A stretch of DNA of 52,330 bases, the filler included, from Bipalium vagum (lineage: Eukaryota): assembly GCA_037834085.1 (NCBI GenBank). It is 3 parts of 3 records of this genome, joined end to end, with 100 filler letters (N's around TTAATTAATTAA, not from the genome) between each part and the next. Parts side by side here need not be neighbours in the genome. Positions count along the whole stretch, not along the records: positions 35,342 to 52,330 come from JBBMKC010083767.1; 2 more parts are not named here. One strand, written 5' to 3'. The notes under the pieces were generated by a model. It did no database searches. It had not been told where the DNA came from and saw only the letters and a program-made list of their open reading frames with translations. Each line of letters opens with the position of its first letter. The stretch's first letter is position 1. This document shows, piece by piece, positions 48,041-52,330 of the stretch. The translations under genes and the position numbers were made by a program.

Positions 48041-48378
48041 ATGGAGAATCACGAATTTCGAGTCCCTTTGAAACATCATTTTTTGAGAGGTAAAATAATC
48101 AGCGAAACAAATTTACGACTCATTTTATATTATAGTGACTCCTCACCATCAATCTGGATGATCCATAAACGGTTCACCGAAATTCGTTGTATCCATACAA
48201 GCACAGGTGATTTCTGGTCGTTCAAATGAAGTGAAAACATCGGAAATTATTCCAAAGATTCACGATATTGTTCTTAATGATCGACGAATCAAATTGCGCG
48301 AGATAGCCCAGGCTGTTGGCATATCAGTTGGATCAACATTTTCAATTTTGTATAAAGATTTGGAAATGAGAAAACTCG
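48041..48378 (+). mobile_element. Himar1/irritans-like mariner N-terminal HTH fragment
   Basis: Reads MENHEFRVPLKHHFLRGK..SGRSNEVKTSEIIPKIHDIVLNDRRIKLREIAQAVGIS..DLEMRKL with one frameshift. Confidence 0.8.
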
Positions 48379-48849
48379 TACATCAAGAGTTGTTGAAAGG
48401 AGCTTTTCACTCCTTAACAAATGATGTACAAAGGAAAGACAGTTGAATGATGACAATATCCGACAATACCTGCTAATTTATCATAACTCAATTTCCAGAT
48501 CAGAAAGTTAACAAGTCAAAAGATTTTATTGATAAAGTTTTGTTTAATGAAAATTTGTTGTTGTCTCTGGAGATAATTTTAATCTTTGTAAAACCCATGT
48601 GTGATTGCGTAAGAATACCTTAATAGGTCAAAAAAGTCAAAATTCTATGAAATGAACTCAAAATTCTGGTTGCCCAAGTCATGATATAGGTCATTTGTAA
48701 AAAACATGGGATTGAATTCTAAGGCAACCACCTTACTCTTCAGATATGAAATAATTCGACAGGTTTGTGTTCAGAAATGGAAAGTTTGTCAGTAGAAGAG
48801 CACTTGATTCGAAGCATTGATTCCCTCTCGGAATAACTGGAACATCTTT

Positions 48850-49950
48850 TGAAAAATAAAATGACAAAATTGAACCTGTCCACGGAATTGGAAAACCAGA
48901 AGAATCACCTTTGTGAAGTAATCAAGAAACAAAGAAATCGAACTGGTCACGTTTGAAGAAATTTATTGATTGTTCTGTTGGATATTTTGAATATTCTAGA
49001 ATTAGTACAAACGTTGTTTCTTTGAAACCCTCACAATAACTCCTGACTATTTTAAATACCAAAAAAGGTCTGGTTGATAAACGTCCTTCGGTTTTTTTCA
49101 GAAAATCAAATAAGGTTGCGGCCTCACCGTCGATGTTTCTGACCTTTCTTAGAATCAGTTCAATGTGCATTGTCGGTCTGGCGTCTCCTAATGTACGAGA
49201 CATATAAAGAAACTCTTTCAACAGTCGGCTTTAATTTTGAGCTTAATTCAGACGCCATTTTTTTAAAAAAACAATTGATTTTCTATGCTCTGGCACCCGG
49301 TCGATTTTATGACCACAACGTTTTTTTAATCTCAGATTACTTTTTATGAAAACATTTCCAAATATCCGCTCTTTTTGGTTGACGGTTGAACAAATATTTT
49401 CTGGCGAAGGCTACGGAGAAACGGCTGAAATTTTTTCTTCATCAATGAAAGAAATAGAATTCTTTGAAAGGAGGAGTGCGTGCCAGATTTTTAATTTTCG
49501 TTATCCAAAGATCATCTCAAATAATTTTCAGCTGACATATAAAGCCCCCCCCCCTGTCTCGTTGAAAGATGTCAGTGTGATCATTTGTCAAACGTCTTAA
49601 TGAATTAATTCAATGGAAGTCCCTGATCAATTATTCGCTGGAAATAGTTGATTATTATTGAACAAAGTTTTTGGGAAAAACAAAGATTTTTGTTACATTT
49701 TATAAAGTATTTCCAGCCCTGCCCCCTCTTTTCTCTGAACTGTAGATGAAAAAGACTTTTCATTAAACTTTAATGGAGATATTTCTCTTTGGAATTTCTT
49801 TCTTTGACGAAGTATTTGAATAAGGGGTCGGGGTCTTTTATGACTTTCCAATTGGTATGGAACGATTATTCATTACGTTGTAACATAATTCTTCGAGATT
49901 TTCAATAATATATATTGATAAGCAATAAAAGATTTTGATTACAAATTATA
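48850..49950 (-). mobile_element. Probable highly decayed LTR-retrotransposon RT remnant
   Basis: Fragmentary RT-like stretches on the minus strand; no intact YxDD. Confidence 0.35.
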
Positions 49951-49979
49951 ATGAAAAATCAATCGATAATGTAATTTCT

Positions 49980-50750
49980 GTTATTATGTAGAAGCTTCTC
50001 TCATCTTTTCACCAGTTTGATCTACTCAAAAATCAAGCAGATTTTCAAGTTCTCCTTCTTCTCAAAACCAATACCTGAAAATATAGAAATCTATCGACGT
50101 AATGTGTGAAGAATACAACTGGTGGTGCAAAATCTCTCAATCGAGATCTGGGATGGTGCTTTGGACGATATTTGCTGTATGTTAACATCGCGTTATCTTG
50201 AAGAAAAATGACTTTGACTCGTTTATCCTGTTTTTCCAATTTTATAATGTCGACTGTCTGGGTTTTCTTTATCATTTCCCAGTCTTTAACTCCGGTTTAA
50301 TTCCACCAAACTAAGATTATGATTTTCTTTGGATTCTGGCCGTTATTTAACCAGGACACAACCACTCCTTCTTGAGCCTCAAGTTTTTATACAAACACCC
50401 TTTTCCATCTCCCGTGATAATTCAGTGAAGACACCGTTCATTCTCTCTGTCTGGAAAGACTTTGATCTGCAATTGTAAAATCCTTTCCGTTAACACAATA
50501 AATTTCCAGAACTTTTTCTGCAACTTTCTGACCTTGATTAAAATAAAATTGACACAGAGGGCAGAAATGGTATTCTTGATCAGCTTGACAATGTACCTTA
50601 AAGCCGTCAGATTTAAGTAAAATGAAATTACATGTAAGAACTTCACTGTATTTTCGTAGAGCAGAAAACGATCTCTCAAATAAATTGATATTTGATATTA
50701 AATAAATATGGTGCAGTAAAACAAAACCATAAATAAATAAAATCACGAAA
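49980..50750 (-). mobile_element. mariner remnant
   Basis: Reads NPKKIIILVWWN, KVIFLQDNA and D*EILHHQLYSSHITSIDFYIFR. Confidence 0.7.
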
Positions 50751-51599
50751 AATTATATTACGCGCCCCACAACCAAATGTCACAATAATTCTTTTAAGCA
50801 TTCACTTTAAAACGAATTTTTGACATGAAACGATTTGTTTTAATCTTAAGGAGATTAAATAATAATTTTTACATTTTTCTTCAAAAATTTCGGACTTTAT
50901 TTAAACATAAAGCTAAAAATAATAATTTATTTTAAATAATTAATTAATAATTTTATAATAAACAATTTAAAGCTTAATTTGTTTGATTAAGCAGAAAAAA
51001 ATTTTAAAATACATTTTTATTAATAATGTTACAGGATGAATTGATAAAATTATATAATAATAATTATTATTATTATTTGAAATTAATCATCTGATTAAAA
51101 TAATAATTAATTAATATAATTAAAAAAAATAATGATAAAATAATGTTTAAAAATAATATCAATTTATAGTTATAATTATCATAAATAATCATAAAATTCA
51201 AATAATTATTTTAATAATAATTTTATTAAGAATAGTAATAATTATAATAAAATAATTTTCGTCTTCGTGGTAGGCTTTAATCATCCCTTTCTCAATGTCG
51301 GACGTTTTGCTTAAATTTGGCATGGTAAGAATTTACTAAACAGTTTAAATTATATTTTTTATAATTATTAATTCTCACTTATTGTAAAAATTTTAAGTAT
51401 AAAATTAAAATTGATAAAGAAAATCCAAATTCAATTTAGAGCGGCAATTAATTATGGTCAACAAAAATTATGAATTATTTAAACAAATTAAATTTAGTTA
51501 AATCACAACTTAATTTAAATAATACAATGCTGTTCAAATAAGTTCTTATATCTTGTACTTTCATCAGTTTTATGAAAATTTAATTACAGTTTAAAAATA

Positions 51600-52330
51600 A
51601 TCAAGATTTTTTGATTTTAAAAGGCCCGGCAATTAATATGTGACGCACTGAATGAGGTTTTTCACTTCAGTCCTCTATTTGGGTGTGCATCCACAGTCGA
51701 TTAAGTACTCGTCATAATCGACTTGCCGATTAAATATTACCACAACTGAAATTATAAGTATAGGTAAATTATTCTGTACTCTTTTTCTCATATCAACCAC
51801 TTTGGCATTTATATCAGAGCTTTCCTGAGTCTTTCGTCCGTTTGTATAAATCTTCAAAACTTTGGTTCAATGTTACACATATTTCCATTGAAGTCTTTGC
51901 CATTGTCTTTGATCATATTTTCTCCGATTCTTATTGCTTCCGTCGTATAGCTATATTCTGAACTATCTTACCCAAGACGTATTTAATAACCTAATAACCT
52001 TTGAAAATCGATTCCTGGAATCATCCATGGTACTATGTTGTCCACCACAATAAATTCGTCTTCTCGGTATATTCCTTCTTTCCTAACCATCACCATTATT
52101 TTTCCTAAGGTCGTCAGTTTTGTATTATTTTCACACCTTAATTGATCACTACTTCCTTCCATACTTATATTCCATAGTTTCTTCACTTTATTCGGACAGA
52201 CCACTTGGTGGACCAAAATTCGGAAGGCCTACAAAGCATTGAAGTTGCAGGGCATTGAATGTGCCTTTATGATGACTGGCCAATCTGTAGTCCTTATCGT
52301 ATTTGTCTGCATTCCTAATGAGATTCTACA
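51600..52330 (-). mobile_element. Gypsy-like aspartyl protease remnants
   Basis: Reads YLIDCG (DSG-like) and NNTKLTTLGKI..EFIVVDNIVPWMIPGIDF (retropepsin C-terminus). The two fragments are in scrambled order. Confidence 0.5.

Overview
AT-rich metazoan genomic DNA with many 42-58 nt introns and (AAT)n microsatellites. The style resembles a planarian/flatworm-type invertebrate, but this is inference only. The window is not one verified contig: two identical 44N-TTAATTAATTAA-44N linkers (16010-16109, 35242-35341) and a 130-N gap (9127-9256) break it up. Four host genes can be reconstructed by hand. (1) A large + strand exon (140-2260) encoding a Syd-1/RhoGAP100F-like PDZ domain split by insertions, followed by a disordered tail with five PP1-docking RVxF motifs. 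(2) A 9-exon TMEM184B-like gene (+, 19163-28020, 375 aa). (3) A 10-exon ADAR2-like dsRNA adenosine deaminase (-, 34077-29606, 712 aa) with intact catalytic motifs, divergent dsRBDs, several loop insertions and an in-frame, stop-free 57-nt intron. (4) An uncharacterised disordered scaffold gene (-, 46313 to 41466 or 39285) with an LD motif and two possible 3' ends. The rest is mostly decayed transposons: Tc1/mariner, pogo, hAT, Ty3/gypsy, an RLE non-LTR element and Penelope. No RNA genes or CRISPR arrays were seen, and I found no firm evidence of a wholly new multi-gene system. The best leads are the unusual ADAR, the RVxF-rich split-PDZ protein and a Tc1/gypsy chimeric inverted repeat.
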